DNA from: Eledone cirrhosa
Lineage: Eukaryota
Direction of reading: 5' to 3'
Length of the DNA: 64,000 bases
Assembly (NCBI GenBank): GCA_964016885.1
Contig: OZ024743.1
Location: 203,484,001 to 203,548,000, forward strand
The position numbers were made by a program, and so were the translations under genes. Shown piece after piece: positions 1 through 12,997 of the stretch. The notes beneath the pieces are model-generated. The model was not told the origin of the DNA. It worked only from the letters and a program-made list of their open reading frames with translations, and made no database searches. Positions within the stretch are counted from its first letter, which is position 1. Each line of letters starts with the position of its first letter.

Positions 1-202
1 GCACTCTCTTCAAAACCTCTTCATTATTTATTCAGCCTTAATGCATATATATTCATCACCACGAACCAAGAAATGGAGACACTACAGAGTACACTACGCT
101 TTAGCATAAAGAGGGCTTTTCGTTATAGATCTTCCCGTGTGTGTATTAAGTATATATCTTGATAAAGCACTCATATTCAATAAATGCTCTCTATTATTTA
201 TG

Positions 203-396
203 AGGGCCGGTGGATTGGCAGTATCGGTAGAGGGTCGGACACCATGCTTTGATGCATAGAGTTAGGTCCCTTGCCATTCTGAGTTCAAATCCCGCCGAGG
301 TTAACTTTGCCTTTCATCCTTACGGGGTCGATAAAATAAAGTACCAGTAATGTACAGGTATTTGCTGGCATTGTACCAAAAGTAGAAACAATTATT
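203..396 (+). mobile_element. tRNA-derived SINE (octopus type, Nin/Deu-like core)
   Basis: A-box-like TGGCAGTATCGG, B-box GAGTTCAAATCC, core TTGCCTTTCATCCTTACGGGGTCGATAAAATAAAGTACC, (ATT) tail; more than 12 copies in the window. Confidence 0.85.
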
Positions 397-1006
397 TATC
401 ACTTATCTACCGCTAAATTTCTAAGCAATAATTCCGGGATCCATAAAGCAAACTCTTTTAATTTTCTATATTGCTGGCTCAATTTGGCATATATTCAATT
501 CTATTGTGGTTTTCATTCTCTCAATGATTTTGCAAGTTTTTGCATATTCCACATTCTGTGTTCGGGTTTAAATTGTTTTTGTTTTTGTTTTTTTTTATTG
601 CATTTTCATTTTTTTCTCTCCTATTTTTCATCTACTTGAGAATTTCCTGGCACAAATTCTGTTGTTTTTTGCTCTGTTTCTTCCTGTGACGAAATAGGCA
701 CACCGCTAAGTATAAATATCATGACGGTATCCCTACGAGTCTACCAGGAGCTAAGGACACAGAGATAGATGAACATTTCCACTGTTTTGTGTTTCATCAC
801 TGTCCTATCCGAAAATGTGATGAGAACTTGTGAACCGGTAGAATCTATCGAGCGTCGGACAAAATGCCCAGTGGTGTTTGTTGCCGTGGTGGTGGTCTTT
901 GTTGGCTATAAACCTCTTGGGACATTGTGGTTTTGGTGGTGGTGATGGTTGATGATGGTGCTGGTGCTTGTATTCATGATCTTGGTACTATTATTTGTGT
1001 CTTGGA

Positions 1007-1422
1007 GGGCGGTGGATTGGTAGTATCGGCAGAGGATCGGACGCCATGCATTGCACCATCGAGTTACGGCCCTTTATGATCTGAGTTCAAATCCCACCGA
1101 GGTTAACTTTACCTTCCATCCTTACGGGGTCGATAAAATAAAGTACCAGTAATGCACTGGGTAATTGCTGGCCATGTGCCAAAAGAAGAAACAATTATTT
1201 AGGGGGTTGGATTGGCAGTATCGGTAGAGGGTCGGACGCCATGCTTTGCAGCAAAGAGTTACGGTCCTGTATGATCTGAATTCAAATCCCGCCGTGGTTA
1301 ACTGTGCCTTTCATACTTACGGGGTCGAGAAAATAAAGTACCAGTCACGTACTAGGGTCGATGTGATCGACTTCCCCCTTCCCCCAAATTGTTGGCCTTG
1401 TACCCATAGAAGAAACCATTAT
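1007..1422 (+). mobile_element. Two tandem SINE copies
   Basis: Same head and core, at ~1007-1200 and ~1202-1422. Confidence 0.85.
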
Positions 1423-1479
1423 TTGTGTCTTGGTATAACTGTGTGGGTGTTGATATGCAAAATATTCGTACATGCATAC

Positions 1480-1512
1480 ATACACGCACATGCACACATG
1501 CACTCTCTCTCT

Positions 1513-1547
<35 letters not shown>

Positions 1548-2255
1548 GATGGCGAGCTGTTGGTTGTGTTAGTGCACGTGTATGTATATGTGTATTTATA
1601 TTTATGCGAGCGTATATGTGTATGTGTATCCATATGAGTGTATATGTGTGTGCATGTCGTTATGTACATGTGTATGGGAACATTTTACAGATCTGTTCAT
1701 GTGCAGGTGTGTGCTTGTATATTCGTGTAAATGTATGTGTTTGTGTGTGTGTGTTTTTGTGTATATTTGAGTGTGTGTATGTGATTGCGTGTGTGTGTGT
1801 GTGTGTGCATGTGTGTCTGTGTGTAATAGCGTGTTGGTATGTGCGTGCGTGCGTTTGGGTGTGTGATTGCATCTGTGTGTGTGCGATTGCGTGTGTGATT
1901 GTATGTGTGAGTGTACCTGAGTGTGTGTGTGATTGTATGCGTGTGTGTATATGTGTGCGTGTGTATGTGTATGTGTGTGTGTGAGGGTGTGTTTGTGATT
2001 ACATGTGTGTGTGAGTGTGTGATTGCACATGGGTATGTGCGTGCGTGAGTGTGTGTGATTGCATATGTGTGTGTGTGCCTGTGTGTGTGTCTGTGTTTGT
2101 GTGTGTGTGTGTGTGTGTCTGTGATTGCGTGTGTGTGCATGTGTGTGATGGTGTGTGTGATTGCATGCGTGTGTATGTGTGTGTATGTGTATGTGTGTGA
2201 ATGTGTCTGTCTGTGTATGTATGTGAATGTGTCTATGCATGTGTGTAAAATGTGT
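1480..2255. repeat. Degenerate (TG)n microsatellite with recurring GTGTGATTGC
   Basis: Direct inspection. Confidence 0.9.
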
Positions 2256-2732
2256 TAATCAAACACGCATATAGTGATGTGGAATGGCGACCAATTGAAC
2301 ATTTTTCTTTGAAGAAACAACGCCCAGTGTAAGATAATGTTTACTGTTTTATGGATGACAAACATTAAAATAATCAATGTACACACACACAATATAGCTT
2401 GGGGAAAATATATCAGAGAATTGATCTCCATACTGAATATAAACACTTTAATGTCTCACGTGTGGAATATAGTAGTTTGAAAAACTTCAATTAACTAAAA
2501 TTATTCAAGGAATTAGCCGACAAACTCTCTCTAGAAGGCTGTATAAAATCTTAAAAGAAGAGTAATAATAATTGAGATAAACCCTATAGATAAACCAAAT
2601 GCTTGTGAGAGTGGATTTTGTTTTAAAAACAGATTGAATGCAATGAGCATGTTTCATTTTCCGTAGACATCCCTAGCTTAGAATATTTAGCTTAGTTGGT
2701 AAGATTTAGAAGAGATCCGTATTTATACAACA

Positions 2733-3995
2733 AAGAGACCAGCTATTGAGATTGACGACTTTAGGGTCAAAGAGGCAATTAAGGAAATGAAAAAAGGTAA
2801 GGCGGCTGGACCGTCAGGGATAGTTGCTGTGATGCTGAAGGTATCAGGAGAAGTAGGAACTAAACTGGTTACACGCATAGTTAATCAAGCTATATATGGC
2901 GGAGTCATACCCAAAGACTGGTGCAGCAGTATTCTTGTAAATTGCTACAAAGGTAAAGGGGTGCCCTGGAGAGGAGCAATTATAGGGTATAAACCTGATG
3001 GATTAGGTTATGCAAGTGACAGAAAGAGTGCTAGCTCAACTAATTAGATAAAGATGCAGTTTGGTTTTGTGTCTGGGAAAAGTACAACAGATGCTCTCTT
3101 CTTAGTGAGACAACTACAAGAGAGGGTCTTAGAGAAGAATAAGCCACTATATTTAGCTTTTTTTTTTTACCTCGAGAAGGCATTTGATAGAGTACACCTA
3201 TCTGTCATCTTGTGCTTCCTAGGGAATGGCTTGTGAGGACAATGTAAGCCATGTACAGAGGAGCTGTCAGTAAAGTGAGAATAGGAATGGAGTTTAGTAA
3301 GGAATTCCAGATACAAGTAGGAGTTCATGAGAGTTCGGATCTCAGCCCAATCTTATTCATTATAGTTCTCCAAGCCATAGCAGAGGAGTTTGAGACTGGC
3401 TGCCCATGGGAACTTCTCTGTGCTGAAGATCTGGTACTTATAGCAGAATCAGTAGAGGAGCTAGAGAATAAGGACGGATGGAAGAAGTTTAGTGAGCTGC
3501 TTCCTCTGATGACAACGAAGGGTTTCTCCTTACGTCGGTTATATGATACCTGTGTGAGATGCTCGATGCTGCATGGTAGTGAGACATGGGTAGCAACTGC
3601 GGAGGATATGTGACGGCTGGAGAGAAATGAAGCAAGCATGCTCTGATTGATGTGCAATGTCAATGTGCGTGAACGACCAAGCATAGACGAGTTGAGAGAG
3701 AAACTGTGTAAAAGAGGGATAAACTGTAGTGTGCGGGAGAGAAGACTGTGTTGGTATGAACATGTGATGCGCATGGAAGATGACCGCTGGGTGAAGAAGT
3801 GCCAAGAAATCTCGGTGGGAGGAAGACGCAGTAGAGGAATACCACGAAAAACATGGGCGGGGGTGGTGCGAGCTGACCTCAGATCGCTGAAGCTCACAGT
3901 CGAGATGACGAGGGACCGTGACGAATGGAGAGATGCTGTGTTGCAAGGACCCGTCCCATCCTTGCAAGCAGAGAAAAGCGGTCGTAAAATGATGA
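2733..3995 (+). mobile_element. Degenerate RTE-clade LINE, RT region, internally deleted
   Basis: MKKGKAAGPSGI, QFGFVSGKSTTDA, LEKAFDRV, LLCAEDLVL (YADD decayed), GRPRKTW-like end; many stops and frameshifts. Confidence 0.88.
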
Positions 3996-4528
3996 GGCTG
4001 ATGATAAGGATGATTATAAGGCCATCGATTATGAAAATTAAGTATATTAAGCAAATATTTCAGGTGAACGGCCTGCATATTAAATAGATATACGCTAGAG
4101 TTTCACATGTGTTACACTTTGGCTTAATAATTTATGTTTGTACAAACTCTCCTCAGCTACGGTTATATCTATAATCAGTGTCACCACATTACTTATACTT
4201 TGATATACATTAAACTTTTTCATCATTGCAACTGTGAAAAATAAGGGTTTAGTTAGAGTGATTACTTTATTGAACTAAGGATAAAGTCACGGGTTATTGC
4301 TATTTTCCTAACACAATTATTAATATTTTTTCGCATTTTTACACTAAATAGGACAAGCTCTGACTTGCCAGATTTTAAGAGCCTACAAAATATAACCAAA
4401 ATGATTGCATTTCAACTCCATATTCATACACAATTTTAACTATGATTACTTCTACCTTGTCTGACATGAGTTACAAGCTTTCAAATTACCTCTTTTCATC
4501 CATTAAATCAGAAGCCATTATTTAACAA

Positions 4529-4722
4529 GGGCGGTGGATTGGCAGTATCGGTAGAGGGTCGGACGCCATGCTTTGACGCATTGAGTTACGGCCCTTGCCA
4601 TTCTGAGTTCAAATTCCGCCGAGGTTAACTTTGCCTTTCATTCTTACGGGGTCGATAAAATAAAGTACCAGTAATACACTGTGTAATTGGTGGCCTTGTG
4701 CCAAAAGTAGAAACAATTATTT
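4529..4722 (+). mobile_element. SINE copy
   Basis: Full head, core and tail. Confidence 0.85.
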
Positions 4723-5228
4723 AACTTCAGACTAGATCCGATTGGACATATTTTCATGACAATGCTATCCTTTCTCAGGTATCGTGTATCTAGGACTACA
4801 TTATCCAATGTATCCCCTTCGTTCTCTTAAGAAGACATGGTGTAATTTCAGGGAGATTTTACAGTGATTTCTCGGTGAATATTTGTCTCTTGATTGTTAA
4901 ATAGAGAAGACATTTCAATAGCAACGAAACGCATTGGCAGTTAGAGGATACAAGATGGTGAGTTGTATGATGTATACCGCCTGCATTTATCTGATACCAT
5001 CATGCATATTGTCTGTTTATATATTCAGCAAAGAAAAATATGAAAAGGTTTGCCAGCTGATGCAAACGTACCAAAACCTTTCGTTGCATAACAGAAACAG
5101 CAGTTGTAATAAACTGCATGATAGTTGCTGCATGTATACATATATACGTATATATATATATATGTGTATATATATATATATATATATGTATATGTATACA
5201 ATGTTTGTGAACACATAAAAATGCATGT

Positions 5229-5295
<67 letters not shown>

Positions 5296-5317
5296 AAAAT
5301 ATATATATATATATATA

Positions 5318-7310
5318 AATGGAATAGAATGAAACGAAATTTCATTTCTCACTCTTAGTACGGCACTTACTTAAATGTAAGTATGTATGTATACGTACAT
5401 ACATATATGTATACAGACGTACAGTAGTTTGTATATATATATACATACATGCAGACATATATATATGCACGTATCGGTTTACCGAACATTTATTATAATG
5501 CTCGGTTTGTTTGTTTGTAAACAAACAAACAGCCCGAATTACGCCGTGCAGTGTTTAGGCAACCGCGTCACCTTTTTGTTCAACACTGACACAGAAACGA
5601 TGTACTAGTTTCAAGCTTATTATTTATCGTCAGCACGTACACCTTCCTGCCAGATGGTTGAACGTCTGAAAGTATATACTTTCCTTATGCATATTAACGG
5701 CTGAGCAGCCTAATTTGCATACCGAGTGAGTTCAGTCGGCCACTCACACCGAAATCGATAAATGGAATAGAATGAAACGAAATTTCATTTCTCACTCTTA
5801 GTACGGCACTTACTTAAATGTAAGTATGTATGTATACGTACATACATATATGTATATACACGTACAGTAGTTTGTATATATATACATACATGCACACATG
5901 TATATATGCCCGTATCGGTTTACCGAACATTTATTATAATGCTCGGTTTGTTTGTTTGTAAACAAACAAACAGCCCGAATTACGCCGTACAGTGTTTAGG
6001 CAACCGCGTCACCTTTTTGTTCAACAGTGACACAGGAACAATGTACTAGTTTCAAGCTTATTATTTATCGTCAGCTCGTATACCTTCCTGCCAGATGGTT
6101 GAACGTCTGAAAGTATATACTTTCCTTATGCATATTAACGGCTGAGCAGCCTAATTTGCATATCGAGTGAGTTCAGTCGGCCAGGCACACCGAAATCAAT
6201 AAATGGAATAGAATGAAACGAAATTTCATTTCTCACTCTTTGTACGGCACTTACTTAAATGTAAGTATGTATGTATGTATACGTACATACATATATGTAT
6301 ACAGACGTACAGTAGTATGTATATATATACATACATGCAGACATATATATATATATGCATGTATCGGTTTACCGAACATTTATTATAATGCTCGGTTTGT
6401 TTGTTTGTAAACAAACAAACAGCCCGAATTACGCCGTACAGTGTTTAGGCAACCGCTTCACCTTTTTGTTCAACACTGACACAGGAACGATGTACTAGTT
6501 TCAAGCTTATTATTTATCGTCAGCTCGTATACCTTCCTGCCAGATGGTTGAACGTCTGAAAGTATATACTTTCCTTATGCATATTAACGGCTGAGCAGCC
6601 TAATTTGCATATCGAGTGAGTTCAGTCGGCCAGGCACACCGAAATCGATAAATGGAATAGAATAAAACGAAATTTCATTTCTCACTCTTAGTACGGCACT
6701 TACTTAAATGTAAGTATGTATGTATGTATACGTACATACATATATGTATATACACGTACAGTAGTATGTATATATATATACATACATGCACACATATATA
6801 TATGCCCGTATCGGTTTACCGAACATTTATTATAATGCTCGGTTTGTTTGTTTGTAAACAAACAAACAGCCCGAATTAGGCCGTGCAATGTTTAGGCAAC
6901 CACGTCACCTTTTTGTTCAACACTGACACAGGACCGATGTACTAGTTTCAAGCTTATTAGCTATCGTCAGCATCGTATACCTTCCTGCTAGATGGTTGAA
7001 TGTCTGAAAGTATATACTTTCCTTATGCATATTAACGGCTGAGCAGCCTAATTTGCATTCCTGTGTCAGTGTTGAACAAAAAAGTGACGTGGTTGCCTAA
7101 ACACTGTACGGCGTAATTCGGGCTGTTTGTTTGTTTACAAACAAACAAACCGAGCATTATAATAAATGTTCGGTAAACCGATACGTGCATATATATATGT
7201 GTGCATGTATGTATATATATACATACTACTGTACGGCTGTATACATATATGTATGTACGTATACATATATATACATACTATTGTACGGCTGTATACATAT
7301 ATGTATGTAC
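5318..7310 (-). repeat. Tandem ~441-449 bp hammerhead-containing repeat (4 units) plus an inverted partial unit; retrozyme/pLTR-like
   Basis: GGAATAGAAT recurs at 5321, 5764, 6205 and 6654; inverted copy from ~7058; (TA)n on both flanks. Confidence 0.9.
6935..6975 (-). ncRNA. Minimal type I hammerhead ribozyme (best copy in the array)
   Basis: Minus strand reads CGAUG CUGACGA U AGCU aaua AGCU U GAAA CUAG UA^ CAUCG. Stem I CGAUG/CAUCG, palindromic CUAG loop III. Degenerate copies at ~5598-5637, 6039-6078 and 6488-6527. Confidence 0.8.
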
Positions 7311-7780
<470 letters not shown>

Positions 7781-8262
7781 GAATATATATTAATATATCG
7801 TTGTGCGTGTGTGGTGAGGAGTATACCTTTGCAGAGAATGATGTAGTTAAAGCCTTAGTGGCTGGTGCATTGCGCAAGCTGTGCTGCATTATCAAACATA
7901 TCCTCCATGTTGGTTGTGCTGATTTTGTTGCTGTTTTTACACATTATTTAGATTGTTGCTGTTGCTGCTGATGATGGTGATTCAGGCTGATGGTGATTTA
8001 TGCATGGTTGTTCTAATCTGCAATTTAGCTTTATATAATTCGTGTGGGCTTTAAAACTGTGCATTCGTTGATTCTAGTACAATACATATATTTAGAATTA
8101 AATACTAAATTGCAATTTATTTGTGGTCACTTGAGATTTCTACTCTGACTGATAGAAAGATAATTTTACAACCCACTCTCGTCTAACCTTTCTATAGGTA
8201 TTTATATATATTTCTACCTCAACTTCCTCAATGTAATTTCCATGTTGTTGTATAGTGTTCTT

Positions 8263-8264
<2 letters not shown>

Positions 8265-8353
<89 letters not shown>

Positions 8354-8635
8354 CACTCAATTTCTCACTCTCTCAATGTCCCTCACTATATTTGCCCTGC
8401 TCTCTCTCTCTCTATCTCTCTTCCTCTCTCTCTCTCTGTCTCTGTCTCTCTCTCTCTCTGTTTTTTTTGTTGTATTTTTTGCGTATGAACATAAACAAAT
8501 GATAATATATATATATATAATATCATTTGTTTATGTTCATACACAAAAAAATACAACAAAAAAAACAGAGAGAGAGAGAGAGAGACAGAGACAGAGAGAG
8601 GGAGAGGGAGAGAGATAGAGAGAGAGAGAGCAGGG

Positions 8636-8718
<83 letters not shown>

Positions 8719-8720
8719 AG
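8265..8720. repeat. (TC)n tract followed by a fold-back inverted repeat with ~120-bp arms and (TG)n
   Basis: 8388-8510 is the near reverse complement of 8520-8645. Confidence 0.8.
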
Positions 8721-9169
8721 TGGGTAGAAGTCGTTCCACAACAGTTAATACACAATTTCCGAGAACAATTTGTTTCACCTCAAACGGATTATCAGCTCGG
8801 TTTAAATGAGATAATACGGAAAAGGAAAACAATTGCATAAATAGACATGCGCAGCAGGTATTCTCAAAGGGGATGCAACTCACATTATATCTATATATAT
8901 AGTTCAAAAAATGACGAGACCAACACAAAAAGTCGTATTAGTGTCACGCTTAGGAGGAAATATTAGAGGGCTTAACGTTTCGCAAAAATTCTTCAGGAAA
9001 TAGAAAATTCGAAGAGAGAAAGAAAATGTTGGAACATCGGAGTTTGGAAACAAGTTAAGAAGGCTTCTGTATTAGGGAGTGTAGACCGAGGTGGAGTGTC
9101 CAGGTGTGTCATGAGTCTTTTATGTGTTTACCGATGGAGTCCATTCCATGGGTGTGCATCATTGCTTCT

Positions 9170-9310
9170 CTGAGTTACGCCCTTTTACGGTCTGAGTTCA
9201 AATCGGGCGTAGGTTAACTTTGCCTTTCATCCTTACGGGTTCGATAAAATAAAGCACCAGTAATACACTGTGATAATTGCTGGCCTTGTGCCTAAAGTAG
9301 AAACAATTAT
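9170..9310 (+). mobile_element. 5'-truncated SINE
   Basis: B-box, core and tail. Confidence 0.8.
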
Positions 9311-10004
9311 TGCATCTCTGTCTGTGTGGTTGATGTATGGTTGCTGGAAATGCGTGTACATATGACTGCGCGTGTTTGTGATTGTGATTTTTTGTGTGTG
9401 AACGTGTGTGTATGTTTTTTGTTATATGTGTGTATGTGTATACGTGCGTGTCTGATAATTATCAGACACGCACGTATACATAATAATTATATAACGTATA
9501 CATAATAATTATATAACGTATAAAAAATAATTATAATTATTTTGTTGTATATTTTGTGTGCTTGTGTTTATGTGTGTGTGTGCGTACATTTCTGTATTGT
9601 GTGTGTGTGTAAGTTTGATTGTGAGTGTATACATGTATGTCTGTGAATCCAGTGGTTTATGTATGCATATGTGTACACGTACCTATGTTTATGTGTGTTT
9701 TTAGTTAGTTTTTTGTGTGTGTGTATTTCTTCGTATATGTGTATGTTTTTCATGAGGGTGTGTATGTATATATATATGTATGAGAGTGTGTTGGTGTCAC
9801 TACGATTTAATAGATGTCGACAACGCAGATAAATAGCTCAGTCAGTTTATTTCAACGGTAAAAGACCAAATTGTTTTAAATACTTACATATTAGTTACTA
9901 TTCAAAGAATCCAGGAATCAATGACAACTCTGAGAATCACTTTCAAATATACAATTAATGTGAGTGGTATATAAATATATACAGATACATCAGATCCGAA
10001 AACA

Positions 10005-10475
10005 ATGGAATCAAACTTCCACTGTCACTGCCTCCGTCTTTCCCGCACACTCCATCTCTTACTATTATGAGCAAATTGGGACCCACGCACTGGACACCCC
10101 GTGATCCCGGCCGACAGATTAGAGAAGGGGTTTCCCCGGAGGATAGTGAGGGAGACGCGCTGAAAGAGTCATTCCAGCTCGCGAGGCCTACACCTGCGGG
10201 TCGCTAACTCTGTGCCGATGGTGGTGTGCCGATGGGGGTAGTTCTAGGGCCAAGGACACCAGAGTCGCCACTGCTATGGGTTCGACATCAAATCTGTCCG
10301 AAAGCGATCGATACTTGGAGAGTTTACCCTCCTCCGACCGAAGTGCAGCATAGCCTGGGTTAGTCGCAGACTGCACCAGGTTGCCGCTGGAGAATGTGTT
10401 GCTGCATATGGCATCACATATGAGGGGTTTACCACCACGGAACGGGAAGTTGGTCATGCCGTCTGGCCTTAACGA
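10005..10475 (-). mobile_element. 3' fragment of a CRE-like (restriction-like endonuclease) non-LTR element
   Basis: RPDGMTNFPFRGGKPLICDAICSNTF...KLSKY...EPIAV resembles the RPDG.T..P...G..L..D.TC..T RLE motif. Related pieces at 39545-39847 (-) and 42700-43420 (+). Confidence 0.7.
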
Positions 10476-11716
10476 AATATTTGTTGTTGTCATTACGATT
10501 TAATATATGTCGGAACCTCAATGCTCAGTTAAATCGATGCATTGTATTTATTTTAATTACATGCCATAAATAATTAAATAAGAAATAATTAAATAAGAAA
10601 TAAATAAATAGAAAAGTTTAATTGACTTAAATTGTCTTAGATGCACTAATATAATTGCTAATTCTCAAGACAGTTATATCTACTGGCTTACTTAGCAGTA
10701 ACAATATGCAAATTGCCTTCATTGCCGTACAAAGGTGATATTGAATCTAGAATCTATCTCTATAAGCCAAAATATCTCACGATAATTGGCCTGTGTTTCG
10801 TGGAGAAGCGCGTGGCAAAATGTTTAGGGTGTTCGATTTGGAACCGGTACGTTGTATTTTTGGGCAAGGCACTTCTATTTCCCGTTGTTCCAGTTCATTC
10901 AACTGGAATTAAAATATCTAGCATTTTAACAGTGCACCATGCTGAATATCCATGAGAGCTACGTTAAAAGCATACATGTCTCTAGAATGCTCAGCCACTT
11001 CTAAGTGGCTGAGCACACGCACACGCTGTTCCATTGATCAAACATCTAGAATGCTCTTCATCAGAACCGACGAAGGTCCAGCACACAATCAAAACTACAG
11101 ACACTCTTAGGAGTGCATCACGAAAGTAAATGAGCTCTTTAATTTAAAATTGCTCCCACTTGCATAGTAAGAAGACGGTATATTAATGGAAGCTAATTAC
11201 ATCCGAATATATAGTATGTTTATGTTAATTACAACCAATTATTTACTAGTACTAATACAACTCTTTTTACGCATGTGTCAATGCAGTTATAAGATTTTTG
11301 TCATTTATAAATACAATTCCGTACAGAAAACGACAATGTAATTGCTCAACTCGCCAGAAATAGCAGTCAAATCTGCCCTTTCATATTACACCCTACTATC
11401 TTTAAAAAAAAGGACACATTAAATAATGTAGTTCTAGATAAATGATGCTTCGATAAAGGACTTGGTAGTCATAGCTGGAATGCGTTTGATCTTAAGTTTG
11501 CTTGATCAGTTCTGACCTGGGCCTAACTAACAATAACAATATCAACAACAGAACAGTTTGAAACAAATCAGTACATCGGAATGAGCCTCTTTTCAATTGA
11601 TACTGATATAGCTTAACGAATTACCGTATTCAGAAACATATATTTAAACAGTGAAACCGGCTCATCATATTGCAGTCGTATTGTATTTGTATTTCTTTTG
11701 CCGTTTACTTTTGTAG

Positions 11717-11911
11717 GCTTACAGACTGAAATTGTACGGAAGGCGCCACGTCTGGATGTTAAATGGAGGCTATACCTCGGAATGGTGGAGGGCAAAAAAT
11801 GACACGAACTGTTCAGAAGACCAACTGACCGAGGTACTCCAGGGGTACTTTACAGTAGCTAGCATAAACGCCCTGTCAGGCAGCCTGGGGATGCGGTCTA
11901 TAGGCGGACTG
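11717..11911 (+). CDS. GABA-B-R3: Host exon A, GABA-B receptor-like class C GPCR (Venus-flytrap domain)
   Basis: tttgtag| acceptor, |gtgagt donor, 195 nt, phase 0/0. AYRLKLYGRRHVWMLNGGYTSEWW...NCSEDQLTEVLQGYF...SIGGL matches the GABA-B pattern AY...YG..YVW...G.Y...WW...C. The R3 subtype is recalled from similarity, not searched. Confidence 0.85.
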
Positions 11912-12958
11912 GTGAGTTGATTGTTGTTTTTTTAAATAGAATTTTATTGTTTTCTTTACCACTATCATCACTCATATGTACCGAATTAGCCTTCCAAACA
12001 CACGCGTACTCTTAATATAATTTTCAGGAAAATTCATCGTGACACACTGTGCGACATAACTGGTCCTTTGAATTACAGGTACAATCCATACGACGGACTT
12101 CCAAACATTTTCCGTCTATCCAATATAATACAGTTGCCTCAGATATCACACAGAAGGAAAGAATCCGTAGCTTAATAATTGCAAAATGAATTCTTTTAAC
12201 CAACTGGCCCTGCAGTGTCTACAGACATACTTATACCAAGCTGACGTCACTCATTATATGATTCTCTGCTTTAATAACCTTAACTTTAATCTCTATAACT
12301 CAATAAAATCATCCACTTAACAGTCTCCACACCCATCTCTAAAATTTCTCTTAATTCTCCTACACAACTATGAATATAAATGGATTTTCTGAAGCAATTC
12401 ATTTATTATTTGCACTTCTTAAAATTCTAATCGCCCTGCCTCTTTCCATTCTCTCTCTTACGCTGTCTCTCACTATATGTAATATATATGTATGTGTGCG
12501 TGTAAATGCATTACACATAAACATGTATGTATGTATGTATGAAAGTATGTATGTATGTATATACGTATGTACGTATGTACGTATGTATGTACGTATGTAC
12601 GTATCTATGTACGTATGTATGTACGTATGTACGTATGTACGTATGTACGTACGTATGTATGTATGTATATATGTATACTGTGCCAGCTCAACAATGAAAA
12701 ACAGTTAAAACAACTGGCGAAAAAAAAAGTGTTACTAGATTCAGGCTTTTATCCAGTCGAAGAAACTAAACCAGAAACAGTTCTGTATGAGCAAGATATG
12801 ATCACCTTATCTGACTTGTGACACACAACGGGTCACCTCGTCTAACCCATTCTAGCGTGGAAAGATTGACAAAAATGATGATGATGATGATGATGAGGAG
12901 GAGGAGGAGGAGGAGGAGGAGGAGGAGGAGGGGAGGTAGAGGAGGGAGATACATATAC

Positions 12959-12995
<37 letters not shown>

Positions 12996-12997
<2 letters not shown>

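Noticed and set aside
1246-2258. His/Thr- and Cys/Val-rich ORFs
   Set aside because: Translations of the (CA)/(TG) microsatellite.
4934-5133. Possible additional host exon
   Set aside because: No resemblance to the expected upstream GABA-B segment (RII.G.F....AR.VFC) and no convincing donor.
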